From: an uncultured Pseudomonadota bacterium
GTDB taxonomy: Bacteria > Oederibacteriota > Muellerivitia > Muellerivitales > Muellerivitaceae
Assembly (NCBI GenBank): GCA_963836235.1
Contig: CAWIIP010000004.1
Location: 128,001 to 192,000 of the forward strand
DNA length: 64,000 bases
Direction of reading: 5' to 3'
A model generated the notes under the pieces. The model ran no database searches, was not told the origin of the DNA, and was given only the letters and a program-made list of their open reading frames with translations. Position numbers and translations under genes: made by a program. Numbering within the stretch: position 1 is the first letter of the stretch; every line of letters starts with the position of its first letter. Below, piece by piece: positions 1 to 9,694 of the stretch.

Positions 1-574
1 AATGGCTGCGGAATTCGACCTAACCCACATGGGCAAAAGTGGGGCTATTTTTGACCCCATAAAACTTCATTGGATGGGCCAGCAGTATGTTGCCAAGATG
101 TCCCTGGAGGACTTGACCCGGGCTCTTTTGCCCTATCTCGAAAATTCCCAATATATAACCCGGGAACAGGCCCGGATGAAATTTGATTGGCTTAAGGGCG
201 TGGTTGATACGGTTCGGACCAGCCTGGGGTGCTTTTCGGATATCGTGAAAGAAACTTTTTATTTTTTCTCGGACGAGTTGAGCTTTAGTCCCGATCAAAC
301 CGAAGAAATGAAGGAACAAAAAAATCTGTTGGAAGCCTTTGAAAAGGCCTTTGCCCAAATTAGCGAGTTCAATGGTGATAGTTTCTTGAAGGCGGTGAAG
401 GATGTTGGGAAACAGATGAACCTGAAAGGTAAGGCTCTTTATCATCCCTTGCGACTGGCCATGACGGGACGGGAAGATGGCCCGGAATTGGTGAAGGTTG
501 CCCCTTTGTTGGGACAAAATAAAGTGGTTGAACGGCTGACGCTCTGGACGACGGAACCGACTAAAAAAGGTTAA
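1..574 (+). CDS. gltX: Glutamate--tRNA ligase, 3' part (truncated by window edge)
   Basis: Anticodon-binding domain motifs ([30 protein letters not shown]); conserved gltX-cysE-cysS order. Confidence 0.92.
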   Translation, partial: MAAEFDLTHMGKSGAIFDPIKLHWMGQQYVAKMSLEDLTRALLPYLENSQYITREQARMKFDWLKGVVDTVRTSLGCFSDIVKETFYFFSDELSFSPDQTEEMKEQKNLLEAFEKAFAQISEFNGDSFLKAVKDVGKQMNLKGKALYHPLRLAMTGREDGPELVKVAPLLGQNKVVERLTLWTTEPTKKG

Positions 575-582
575 TTAAAACG

Positions 583-1218
583 ATGTTTGAATATATTAAA
601 TCCATCCTTGATAGAGACCCGGCGGCGAAGTGGTGGGAACTTCCTTTGTATCCCAGCCTCTATGCTTTGTTCCTGCATCGGGTCGCCCATTTTCTATGGT
701 CGCTGGGGTTTATCCCAATTATTCCTCGCCTTATTTCCCAGATTTCCAGGTTTTTGACGGGCATTGAAATCCATCCAGGGGCCAGGATCGGCAGATGTTT
801 CTTTATCGATCATGGAATGGGGACGGTTATCGGTGAAACTTGTGATATTGGTGATTACGTTACTTTGTTCCAAGGCGTGACCTTGGGCGGTACGGGTAAG
901 GAAAAGGGCAAGCGCCATCCGACCTTGCGAAACCATGTGGTCGTCGCGGCCGGGGCCAAAGTGCTGGGAAACATCGAAATTGGGGAATATTCCAAAGTAG
1001 GGGCTAATGCGGTTGTGGTTTCAAAGGTCCCGCCGCACTCAACGGTGGTCGGAGTACCGGGAAGGGTCGTTTCCTTAAGAGGCCAGAAACTGGAAGGGCA
1101 CGAGCTGGATCATAACAAGCTTCCAGACCCGCTTTTACGACGGCTGGAACATCTCGAAAGGGATTTAGCCCGCCATGCCGGATCCTGGGTTTCCCGTAAC
1201 GAAAAAAAGTCCAAGTAA
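583..1218 (+). CDS. cysE: Serine O-acetyltransferase
   Basis: RDPAA, TGIEIHPGA, FFIDHGMG, KRHPT hexapeptide-repeat motifs. Confidence 0.96.
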   Translation: MFEYIKSILDRDPAAKWWELPLYPSLYALFLHRVAHFLWSLGFIPIIPRLISQISRFLTGIEIHPGARIGRCFFIDHGMGTVIGETCDIGDYVTLFQGVTLGGTGKEKGKRHPTLRNHVVVAAGAKVLGNIEIGEYSKVGANAVVVSKVPPHSTVVGVPGRVVSLRGQKLEGHELDHNKLPDPLLRRLEHLERDLARHAGSWVSRNEKKSK

Positions 1219-1285
1219 CACAAGGTTGCCTAGCCTCCTTCCCCCGTGTACCCTAGCCTAAAGTTCAATACCTTTTGAGGTTTTT

Positions 1286-2716
1286 ATGCTGAAAGTTACC
1301 AACACTCTGTCCGGCGATAAAGAAGTCTTCCAGCCAATAGATCCACCCCAAGTGAAGATGTATGTCTGCGGACCCACCGTTTATGGCGACATTCATATCG
1401 GGAATGCCCGCTCCCAAGTTAATTTTGACGTCATCCGAAAGTACCTTGTTTATTCGGGTTACCAGGTGACCTATGTGGTAAACATCACCGATATTGACGA
1501 TAAGATCATCAAGATTTCCATTGAGGAAAAGCGGGACGCCAAAGAAGTGGCCGAAACCTATACCAAAGCTTATTTTGAGGTGATGGAGAAACTAGGAGTT
1601 CAAAAGGCCGATTTGCATCCCAAGGCCACGGATTTTATTGGGGAAATGGTTAATCTCATTTCAGGCCTTGTGGAAAAGGGACACGCTTATGCCGTTCCCT
1701 CGACGGAATTTGGAAAAGACGTTCTCTATGACTCAACGTCCTTTAAAAGTTATGGAAAGCTTTCAGGGAAGAATTTGGAGGAGCTTTTGGAAGGCGCCCG
1801 GGTGGAAAAGAACGACACCAAAAGGAATCCAACCGATTTCGTTTTATGGAAAGCTTCTAAAGCCGGGGAACCGCAATGGGATTCGCCCTGGGGCAAGGGC
1901 CGCCCGGGTTGGCACATCGAATGCTCGGCCATGGTGCGCAAGCTTCTGGGGGATTCCATTGATATCCACGGTGGGGGGATCGACCTGATCTTTCCCCATC
2001 ATGAAAATGAAATCGCCCAGTGTGAGGCTTTTACGGAAAAGCCCTATGTGAAATATTGGCTCCATAACGGATTTATTGAAATCTCGGGCCAGAAGATGAG
2101 CAAGTCCCTGGGTAATATCTGGAAGGCCAAGGATGCCTTGGCGGATTTCCGACCCGAAGTCCTGCGTTACTTTTTCCTTAGCGCCCATTACCGCAGTGGG
2201 CTCAATTATGATCGGCCCATTTTGGAAGCCGCAGCCAGGGGATGGGAGGAGTTCAACCAGACCTTCCAACGCATTGAAGACGCGCTTACCGGGCCCGATG
2301 GAATTGATCCCATGGATCTTTTGGAATTGCGCCTTGGAATTGATGAGGTGGAAACGAAGTTTAAAGAGGCCATGGACGACGATTTCAACACACCGAGGGC
2401 TCTCGCGGTTTTGTTCGATCTCGCCCGGGAGACCCGCCGGGTCTTGAGTCAATCGGCAAGGCCCACGGCGGGCGCCAAGAGTCTTTTGGGAGAAGCTCTC
2501 GAAAAACTCAATCAATTTGGCGGACTCTTGGGAGTCGTCTCGGCCAAGCGGGTCTCCGTGCCCAAAGAGATAGAGGAACTGGCCCAAACCCGTGTCCAAT
2601 TGAAGGCCGAAAAGAAATTCAAGGAAGCCGATGGAATACGGGACAAAGTTCTTCAAATGGGGTTTACAATTGAGGATGTGAAGGGCGGTCAGTTTAGAAT
2701 CCTGCCCAAAAAGTAA
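1286..2716 (+). CDS. cysS: Cysteine--tRNA ligase
   Basis: YVCGPTVY, HIGNAR, GRPGWHIECSAM, KMSKS motifs. Confidence 0.98.
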   Translation: MLKVTNTLSGDKEVFQPIDPPQVKMYVCGPTVYGDIHIGNARSQVNFDVIRKYLVYSGYQVTYVVNITDIDDKIIKISIEEKRDAKEVAETYTKAYFEVMEKLGVQKADLHPKATDFIGEMVNLISGLVEKGHAYAVPSTEFGKDVLYDSTSFKSYGKLSGKNLEELLEGARVEKNDTKRNPTDFVLWKASKAGEPQWDSPWGKGRPGWHIECSAMVRKLLGDSIDIHGGGIDLIFPHHENEIAQCEAFTEKPYVKYWLHNGFIEISGQKMSKSLGNIWKAKDALADFRPEVLRYFFLSAHYRSGLNYDRPILEAAARGWEEFNQTFQRIEDALTGPDGIDPMDLLELRLGIDEVETKFKEAMDDDFNTPRALAVLFDLARETRRVLSQSARPTAGAKSLLGEALEKLNQFGGLLGVVSAKRVSVPKEIEELAQTRVQLKAEKKFKEADGIRDKVLQMGFTIEDVKGGQFRILPKK

Positions 2717-2730
2717 CCCCGGGTGTTTTT

Positions 2731-3681
2731 ATGAGCGAAAAAATATACGGCCGTAAACCTGTTTTGGAAGTCATCCGGTCGGGCAACCGGGCCGTTTCCC
2801 ATGTTTACCTATTGCAAGGCTCGCGAGATGTGGTCCTGGATCAAATTGAGTCCCACGCGAAGGCCCGGGGTATTCCCATCAATTTGGAAACCCGGCACCG
2901 CATGGACACCCTGGCCGGAAGCGACAACCATCAAGGTGTCATTGCCGTGGCGGATAACTACCAATACGCCGACCTGCAGGACCTTCTCGATATCGCCCGG
3001 GATAAAAACGAGGCCCCCTTCATCCTTCTTCTGGATGAAATTGAGGACCCACAAAATCTCGGTGCCATTCTTCGTTCCGCCGACGCGGCGGGTGTCCATG
3101 GAGTCGTCATCCCCAAACACCGGGCCGCGGATATTACCGCGGCGGTCATTAAATCTTCCGCCGGCGCGGCCGAACACGTGAATACCGTTAAAATTACCAA
3201 TCTCAATGAAACTATTCGATTGCTTAAGGAAGCCAATGTATGGGTAGTGGGTGCGGATGGGGAAGCGGAGAAGAATTTTTACGATTACGATTACCGCCAA
3301 CCGGTGGCTTTAATCATCGGGAATGAGGGCAATGGATTGAGGCGGTTGGTAAAGGAAAACTGCGACGAACTGGTCAAAATTCCCATGGCTGGGAAGATGT
3401 CTTCCTTGAACGCTTCCGTGGCTGCGGCTCTCGTCTTGTTTGAAGTGACCCGTCAGAGGAAGTGGGGCATGGGTCTTGCCAGCAAGGATCCCCCTCTTTC
3501 TTCCTATGGAGTCGGCCTGTCTCCTGAAAAAGACTTTTTTCGCTCACGCCCTGATCCGGATCCTGAAACGCCGGGTGAGGGCGATCCTCCGCGGTTCGAT
3601 ATAAGTCCGTCGGATCATCTAGAAGAGAATATTTCACAAGACTCGCCAGGTAATAATAAAGGCGGGGGTTTTAAGTGGTGA
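2731..3681 (+). CDS. rlmB: 23S rRNA (Gm2251) methyltransferase RlmB, with C-terminal low-complexity extension
   Basis: SpoU/TrmH motifs DPQNLGAILRSA, GNEGNG, SLNASVA; follows cysS. Confidence 0.92.
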   Translation: MSEKIYGRKPVLEVIRSGNRAVSHVYLLQGSRDVVLDQIESHAKARGIPINLETRHRMDTLAGSDNHQGVIAVADNYQYADLQDLLDIARDKNEAPFILLLDEIEDPQNLGAILRSADAAGVHGVVIPKHRAADITAAVIKSSAGAAEHVNTVKITNLNETIRLLKEANVWVVGADGEAEKNFYDYDYRQPVALIIGNEGNGLRRLVKENCDELVKIPMAGKMSSLNASVAAALVLFEVTRQRKWGMGLASKDPPLSSYGVGLSPEKDFFRSRPDPDPETPGEGDPPRFDISPSDHLEENISQDSPGNNKGGGFKW

Positions 3682-3695
3682 AAGGGCCTTGTCGC

Positions 3696-3724
3696 TTGAC
3701 GCCCTGAAGAGGCACTTCTATAAT
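3696..3724 (+). promoter_or_regulatory. Sigma70-type promoter of tRNA-Thr
   Basis: TTGACG-17 bp-TATAAT ending 37 bp upstream of the tRNA. Confidence 0.75.
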
Positions 3725-3761
3725 CCCCTTTCCTTTGACGACGTAGGCTTCACTTGCTCGG

Positions 3762-3837
3762 GCTGGCGTAGCTCAGTTGGTAGAGCAGCCGCCTTGTAAG
3801 CGGCAGGTCACCGGTCCGATTCCGGTCGCCAGCTCCA
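3762..3837 (+). tRNA. tRNA-Thr (anticodon UGU)
   Basis: 76 nt cloverleaf: acceptor GCTGGCG/CGCCAGC, D arm AGCTCAGTTGGTAGAGC, anticodon arm GCCGC-CTTGTAA-GCGGC, encoded CCA. Confidence 0.96.
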
Positions 3838-3925
3838 TTTTTAAAATTACTTGCCACTGGTGCACTTTAGAAGCCTTTGCCTGTAAGGGTTTTCATTAAC
3901 CTTGCCGGTGGAGGCTTTTTTTTAA

Positions 3926-3999
3926 ATCCATGAACATCCATGACCATCCAAGGCAATCCCTGGCAAAAATGGACTGAGTAAGACACGAATAAGACACGA
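3926..3999 (+). repeat. Short periodic direct repeats next to the att end (possible integrase arm/RDF sites)
   Basis: ATCCATGAAC-ATCCATGACC-ATCCAAGGCA-ATCCCTGGCA (10-bp period, 3926-3965) and TAAGACACGA twice (3979-3988, 3990-3999). Confidence 0.55.
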
Positions 4000-4107
4000 G
4001 GTTTTATTTAATTATTGGTCTTATATGAACTTGCCAACTTTGTGCGGTAGGAATAAAAGTTAAAGGGTCTTTTGTGTTCCAAAAACCTTTTAAGAAGATT
4101 TACCGCC

Positions 4108-5913
4108 ATGGCCTGGAATTTTTTTAAAAAAATTGAGAGCTATACCCCTCCCATATTGGTCGGATTTGGGGTCTATTCGGGCCTCAAATTCACTCTTGAG
4201 GTCTTAGGGGTCATTGGCCTGTCCTTTACCCCTTTTGACACCCTAGCAGCCCTTTCCGTGGGTTTTCTCTACTTGTTTGAGAAGCACGTCCGTATCGACC
4301 ACCTTCTGGCTATTGCACCGGCGGTTATAGCCTTGGCCTTTTGCCACGACTTTTTCGGGGTGTTCCTGGGTAACGAAGGGTTTACGGGTGATGTGGTGAT
4401 GGGCATTTCCATCATCATCGGCTTTTGCTTTTATTTCATTCATTTCTGGATGAGGCATGTCCCAGACCAACAGGGAGAATCACCCAAAGCGGAAGGCGGG
4501 AAATATTCCCTATACCTGGATGCGGAAAATAAATATTTCATTCCTGGGGACTTTCTCAAATACCACACTGAGGTTATCGGATCTTCAGGAATGGGAAAGA
4601 CCAATATTTTCAATTATCTCATTGAGCAGGGAATCAAGAATGGTCTTGGAATGTTTGTGTTCGATGCAAAATCAAATTACAACAAAACCATCCCTTATTA
4701 CGCCGAAAAGCACAAACGGCTTGGTGACCTTAAATACTTTGACTTAGCAGATATCAAAAGAAGCCAGACCTACAACCCAGACTTTAAGGAAAAGGCTGAC
4801 GAGGTTTTTAACGGCCTCATGAAGTCTATTTTCTTCGGGCCGGTGACTCAGGAATTTTACCGGGACCAAGCCGCTGACGTTTTGAGTAACCTAACAAACC
4901 TTCTTTTCCTAGAATTTAAGCATGTAACGCGGATGGATTACCAGAACCTTATATCCAATGAGATCAGGTCATTCGGTACGATCAAGGCTTTGGCAAAGCG
5001 TCACGAGGACACCGTCTCAGGGAAATACTTCTTGGAGAAATGGGTCAATATGTCCGAAAAGGACAGGGAGTTGAACCTATCGGGCCTAACTAGCAAACTT
5101 TCCCGGTTCACTAGCAGGGAATGGTCGCCCCTTATTAATACCTTGCACCCGGATATCCAGATGAAGGATGTAGTTGAGAAAGAGCAGATTTTCCTATTCG
5201 GAACGTCTTCCCTTGTGAACCAAGAAGACTCTAAACCGATCATTATTTCTGCCTTAATCGACTTGGCGGGGGTAATAGGTCGAAGGCTTATCGAGAAGTC
5301 CGATAGGCCTTTTTTCGTATTTTTGGACGAGTTCTATACCGCCGCTTATCCAGGGTTAAATGACCTTATTTCCCTTGGACGGGAGGCTAACGTTTGCTTC
5401 TTTCTGGCCCACCACAGCCTGGGCCAGTTAGGGGCGGTTAGCCAGGAGTTTAAGGACGACATTCTCACCAATACCAACCACAAAATTGTGATGAATATCA
5501 CGGAGAAGGCTACCGTGGATTTCTTCGCATCGATATTCGGAACCAAAGTCACCAAGAAGGACGTTTATTCCTATGACACTCGTATGGCTCAGGCAAGGGG
5601 AAGGACGGAGAAACAAGATGAGGAATTCATCATCCACCCCAATTACTTGCGGGGAATGAAGCGCGGGGAGGCCGTGTGCCGGATTGTTTACGTAACTGGT
5701 CCAAAAGTTTTCAAAATAAAGCTCAAGGAAGTTAAACCCCCGCCAAGGGAGTTTGATTATGTCGGTTGCGTTCCAATTCGTAATAACCATCAAAAGACAA
5801 ATGATTTTAATAAAGTTGAAATCCCCGATGCTCCTAAAAATAAAAAGGAAAAATCAAAAAAAGGGCCGCCGGACCAAGGAAACCTTGAAACCGAATTAAA
5901 GTTGAATAACTAA
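4108..5913 (+). CDS. Type IV coupling protein (VirD4/TraD-like)
   Basis: N-terminal TM helices, Walker A GSSGMGKT, Walker B FLDEF, GREANV, DILTNTNHKI; ATG at 4108 preferred to TTG at 4072. Confidence 0.85.
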   Translation: MAWNFFKKIESYTPPILVGFGVYSGLKFTLEVLGVIGLSFTPFDTLAALSVGFLYLFEKHVRIDHLLAIAPAVIALAFCHDFFGVFLGNEGFTGDVVMGISIIIGFCFYFIHFWMRHVPDQQGESPKAEGGKYSLYLDAENKYFIPGDFLKYHTEVIGSSGMGKTNIFNYLIEQGIKNGLGMFVFDAKSNYNKTIPYYAEKHKRLGDLKYFDLADIKRSQTYNPDFKEKADEVFNGLMKSIFFGPVTQEFYRDQAADVLSNLTNLLFLEFKHVTRMDYQNLISNEIRSFGTIKALAKRHEDTVSGKYFLEKWVNMSEKDRELNLSGLTSKLSRFTSREWSPLINTLHPDIQMKDVVEKEQIFLFGTSSLVNQEDSKPIIISALIDLAGVIGRRLIEKSDRPFFVFLDEFYTAAYPGLNDLISLGREANVCFFLAHHSLGQLGAVSQEFKDDILTNTNHKIVMNITEKATVDFFASIFGTKVTKKDVYSYDTRMAQARGRTEKQDEEFIIHPNYLRGMKRGEAVCRIVYVTGPKVFKIKLKEVKPPPREFDYVGCVPIRNNHQKTNDFNKVEIPDAPKNKKEKSKKGPPDQGNLETELKLNN

Positions 5914-5927
5914 GAATAGGGAAATTA

Positions 5928-6740
5928 ATGGAATCAACCATGGAAATATCCGAATTGGAAGCCAGTCATCTAACCTGGATTCATTCAAATAAATTCACAA
6001 CGCCAGAGCTTTTCCACAAACGGTTTATCCATCCAAAAACCTACCGTCAGGCCTGTTCAATTTTAAGGGACCAATATCTTGAAAAAGGGTTAGTCGGATT
6101 AACGAAAGCTGAGTCCACCACCTTTCAGGATTCGATGTATTTCCTCTCTACGAAAGCCATAAAGATTTTGGACGAAAAGGAAAAAATATTAGTAAAAAGC
6201 ACAAATTATCCCGTGAGGATTAACCCTTACGAAAGGCAGCACGACCTTGAGGTCCAAGCCATAAGGATAGCCTTTGAGAAAAATGTTCAACTCGGAAGGA
6301 TTTTTTGGCTTTCGGATTTCGAAATGAGGGGTGGTATCACCCAGGGCGTGAAAAAAGCCTTTTTGTCCGGTGATTTGGATAAGGAGGAATGGCGTTCTAA
6401 TTGGGTTAATACCCAGATAAGGGGGAGGAGAACCCCGGACGGGTATTTTGAAACGGATTTGGATGGAAAAAGGTACGGGTTCACTTTGGAGTATGAGCAT
6501 GTCCAAAACCCCGAGGCCAAGATCGGCAGGATGATTGAATACTTAAAAGATTCCTTTCCCAATGTTTTAAGGCTTGTTGTATCTGCGGATAAGAAAAATG
6601 CCACGAGGATGATGAATATCCTTCGGGGCAAGGTCAGGGAAAGCGAATGGGACCGTTGGTTTGTCTCATATTTCGAGAGGGCAACGACTTTGCCTTTTAA
6701 AAAAATATGGCACCAGCTAAACCAACCTATCAAGGGATAA
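5928..6740 (+). CDS. Replication-relaxation (Replic_Relax-like) protein, putative relaxase
   Basis: N-terminal wHTH-like region, HDL, PDG..., LEYE motifs; directly follows the coupling protein. Confidence 0.6.
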   Translation: MESTMEISELEASHLTWIHSNKFTTPELFHKRFIHPKTYRQACSILRDQYLEKGLVGLTKAESTTFQDSMYFLSTKAIKILDEKEKILVKSTNYPVRINPYERQHDLEVQAIRIAFEKNVQLGRIFWLSDFEMRGGITQGVKKAFLSGDLDKEEWRSNWVNTQIRGRRTPDGYFETDLDGKRYGFTLEYEHVQNPEAKIGRMIEYLKDSFPNVLRLVVSADKKNATRMMNILRGKVRESEWDRWFVSYFERATTLPFKKIWHQLNQPIKG

Positions 6741-6762
6741 AAACGGCATATATCGCGCTGGC

Positions 6763-6791
6763 TTGACATTGAGTCGCTTATAAGCGACTAT
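6763..6791 (+). promoter_or_regulatory. TA promoter with palindromic operator
   Basis: TTGACA (6763) followed by perfect 18-bp palindrome AGTCGCTTATAAGCGACT (6772-6789). Confidence 0.7.
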
Positions 6792-6810
6792 TGAGAAAGG
6801 AACCGTTTTG

Positions 6811-7167
6811 ATGGAGCAAAACCCTTGGGCGATAGAACACTATGAAACACGGTCGGGAGTCAAACCCTTTGAGGTCTGGTTTGACCATCAAAGGAAAAGT
6901 GACCCCGTTACAGCGGCCTTAGTTGGCAAAAGAATTTCCCGATTGAGGTTTGGACATTTGGGAGATTACGACAACGTTGGAGATGGGGTTCTCGAACTTA
7001 GGAATTTCCACGGGCCAGGATACCGGATATATACCGGGAGAATTGGGGCCACCATGTACCTTCTTCTTGTGGGAGGAAGCAAGGGAAACCAGAACTCGGA
7101 CATTAAGCTGGCACGGGAATACTTTCGGGAATTTAAGGGAAGAAAGAAGAAGGAAGGTTCAAAATGA
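6811..7167 (+). CDS. RelE/HigB-type addiction module toxin
   Basis: VGDGVLELR..GPGYRIY, LLVGGSKGNQNSDI motifs. Confidence 0.88.
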   Translation: MEQNPWAIEHYETRSGVKPFEVWFDHQRKSDPVTAALVGKRISRLRFGHLGDYDNVGDGVLELRNFHGPGYRIYTGRIGATMYLLLVGGSKGNQNSDIKLAREYFREFKGRKKKEGSK

Positions 7168-7499
7168 AAAAGAACGCCGCTACAACGGACCACGACGATT
7201 TTATCGTCGGACAGTTAAAAAAGGACCCACGGTTTCTTGAAGCTTACCTAAATGAAGCCCTAAGTGACGAAAACGAGGACCCCCGCGTCGTTCTGGATAT
7301 GCTTCGTAAAGTCGCTGAGGCCAGTGGTGGGGTTAGAAAGTTGGCCCAGGCCGCAGACCTCAACCGGCAGAACCTTTATAAGGCCCTTTCCGCAGAGAAG
7401 GGAAACCCTGAATTTTTCACCATCAATAAGATCGTTAACGCCCTTGGTTTTCATTTCAAGCTTGTCAAAAACAAAAGACGACTGGCGATGGCGAAGTAA
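7164..7499 (+). CDS. HigA-type addiction module antitoxin (HTH)
   Basis: YLNEAL, GGVRKLAQAADLNRQNLYKALS..GNP; overlaps the toxin stop. Confidence 0.88.
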   Translation: MKKNAATTDHDDFIVGQLKKDPRFLEAYLNEALSDENEDPRVVLDMLRKVAEASGGVRKLAQAADLNRQNLYKALSAEKGNPEFFTINKIVNALGFHFKLVKNKRRLAMAK

Positions 7500-7723
7500 T
7501 TTTATTAACCCCTCCAGACATTCCGAAGCCTAATAAATAATGTCAAAATTTTAATTACCAAAAGAGAAACCCTCAACCCTGAAGGCTTCAAAAGAGGTAA
7601 AATCAAAATGGTCTTTGTGAAAGCGGTGTCCACGATTGGGACCCGCATTGGACAGGATAATTTTAATGATCGAGCCGTTTCTAAAGAGTTGAAATCAAGG
7701 TTGGATATTGAAAGAATCCTTTC

Positions 7724-8497
7724 ATGACCACCCGAATCCTTAAACCCTGGCCCGTTCTGGCGGACGTCATCGCTTCCATTGATCTTCATGACACCGCAAC
7801 CACTGGCGAAGGTCCCGCCTATTCGGTTTTGCCCTCCCCCCAATTTGTCATGGGGTTTCAATTGCAAGGCCGTTTGAAAACGCTTCGTCCTGGGACCGAA
7901 ACAACCCTTACTCCCAGCGGCGTTACCGGACTCCAGGGGCAAAGCCGTCTTTATCAAGGGGTCGGTAAGACCCGGTCCATCCTGGTGCGGTTCAAACCAT
8001 GGGGGCCTTCCTGCTTTTTACCGGGGCCCATGGGCGAGCTGATGAACGAAAGTGTGGATTTGCGCCAGTTGTGGGACCCGCAAGAAGTCAGCGACCTCGA
8101 AGATAAGCTTTATCACTCTACGCCCGGACCGGCGGTGGTCCTCTTGCAAACTTTTCTGGTCAAGTGCCGCCGGTTTCAAACCATCGATCCTCTGGCGCTC
8201 AACGCCGCCCAACGGTTCATCCTCAAAGCGGGTAATGTTTTGATCGGACGCATGGCCGGGGAACTGGCCACCACCGAACGTTCCCTCGAAAGACGGTTCC
8301 AGCAATGGATCGGCACCAGCCCCAAACGGTTCGCGGCCCTGCTGCGCTTCCAGAAAAGCATCCAAATGCTTCAGGCGGGAAAGGATGGAACCGAAGTGGC
8401 CTATGAATGCGGCTATTTCGACCAGGCTCATTTCATCCAGGAATTCAAGAATTTTACCGGTGTTTCACCCCAAAAATACAAAATCGGGCTGCTTTAA
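7724..8497 (+). CDS. AraC-family transcriptional regulator
   Basis: C-terminal double HTH: ERSLERRF..IGTSPK, CGYFDQAHFIQEFKNFTG. Confidence 0.9.
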   Translation: MTTRILKPWPVLADVIASIDLHDTATTGEGPAYSVLPSPQFVMGFQLQGRLKTLRPGTETTLTPSGVTGLQGQSRLYQGVGKTRSILVRFKPWGPSCFLPGPMGELMNESVDLRQLWDPQEVSDLEDKLYHSTPGPAVVLLQTFLVKCRRFQTIDPLALNAAQRFILKAGNVLIGRMAGELATTERSLERRFQQWIGTSPKRFAALLRFQKSIQMLQAGKDGTEVAYECGYFDQAHFIQEFKNFTGVSPQKYKIGLL

Positions 8498-8582
8498 GAT
8501 TGTCGGATTTTTCCAATAGGTTTTTTTCACTCTTTCCTAAAATTATTCAAGTTGGTTTATTACATCAAACAGGAGGACGTCA

Positions 8583-9245
8583 ATGAAAACGGAACAAAGG
8601 GCAGAGGTTTTGATTAATGTACACAAGGGGCTCCGCCGGGGGCTGTTGGGCCTGGCCCTCAAGCTGGGAGCCCTGGACTGGCAGGATCAGGAAGAGGTCA
8701 AGGCGGCCGGGGCGGATTTCGCCACCATGCTTCACTTTTTAAGGGAACACGCGGCCAACGAGGATCAGATCCAATTTCCTCTGCTGGAAAACAAGGTGTC
8801 CGGGGCCGCCCGCCGGGAAATGGAAGAACACCATCGCCTGGATGCACAGATCGACGATTTGGAAAAACAATGGGTGAGGCTGGCTGTGGAAGAGGACAAA
8901 TCCAAGCCGGGTTACGCCTTCTATCTGGCCTATAACCGGTTCCTTTCGGATTATCTGGCCCACATGGACCACGAAGAGACGGATCTGACCGACGCCCTTT
9001 ATCAAAATTTCACCGACGCTGAAATCGAGGCGGAGTTCAAAAAAATCATCGCCCGCACCCAGCCCGCGGACATGGGCATGATGCTGGGCTATATGATCCC
9101 GGGGATGAATCCGGGGGAGAGGGCCCAGTTCCTTTCCAAGCTTCAAAAGACCGCGCCGGCGCCGGTTTTTGAGAAAGTGAAAGGATTGGCCCAAAAGGTT
9201 CTGTCTTCCGGCGATTGGGAAAAGCTATCAGCACGGTTAGGATAA
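8583..9245 (+). CDS. Hemerythrin-domain protein
   Basis: H..., HAANED, EH, HMDHEE metal-ligand pattern. Confidence 0.75.
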   Translation: MKTEQRAEVLINVHKGLRRGLLGLALKLGALDWQDQEEVKAAGADFATMLHFLREHAANEDQIQFPLLENKVSGAARREMEEHHRLDAQIDDLEKQWVRLAVEEDKSKPGYAFYLAYNRFLSDYLAHMDHEETDLTDALYQNFTDAEIEAEFKKIIARTQPADMGMMLGYMIPGMNPGERAQFLSKLQKTAPAPVFEKVKGLAQKVLSSGDWEKLSARLG

Positions 9246-9346
9246 CCGTGATGGTGAAAACCGCTACTAATGTTGTCCACGACGGGGACCCATCGTGGAC
9301 AAAGTGATAACCATTTACCGATCAAAAAAACTAGGTTATCTGAAGC

Positions 9347-9694
9347 TCAAGCGTTCTTGTAATCGGTGAGGGCCCAAACCGCCAAAATCACGATCCCGCA
9401 AGTAACATAAAAACCAAGGACCGCTGGTACGGAGGAAAGTCCTAGGACAAAGGGCAGGGCGATGAGGCAGGGCCCGACCACTAATTCGATATAGCCGTGT
9501 ATTTTAAAAGGTATTACCTTCACCAGACCCATGGGAAAGTTCGTCAAGAACGTGAGGGCGAAGTGCACTCCCGCCAGGGAGTAGGAAATGACTGCCGGTA
9601 TCCCTGAAAAATGGAGAAGGGAGGGGGCGGCCAAGAAAACCAAAACAACCACGTAATCCAAATAACCATGAATCTTTGAGTTGATTATTTTCAT
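9347..9694 (-). CDS. Small 4-TM membrane protein (SPW-repeat-like)
   Basis: Twofold HGYxDY/HGYIEL repeat, hydrophobic helices; coupled to the upstream gene. Confidence 0.65.
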   Translation of the reverse strand: MKIINSKIHGYLDYVVVLVFLAAPSLLHFSGIPAVISYSLAGVHFALTFLTNFPMGLVKVIPFKIHGYIELVVGPCLIALPFVLGLSSVPAVLGFYVTCGIVILAVWALTDYKNA

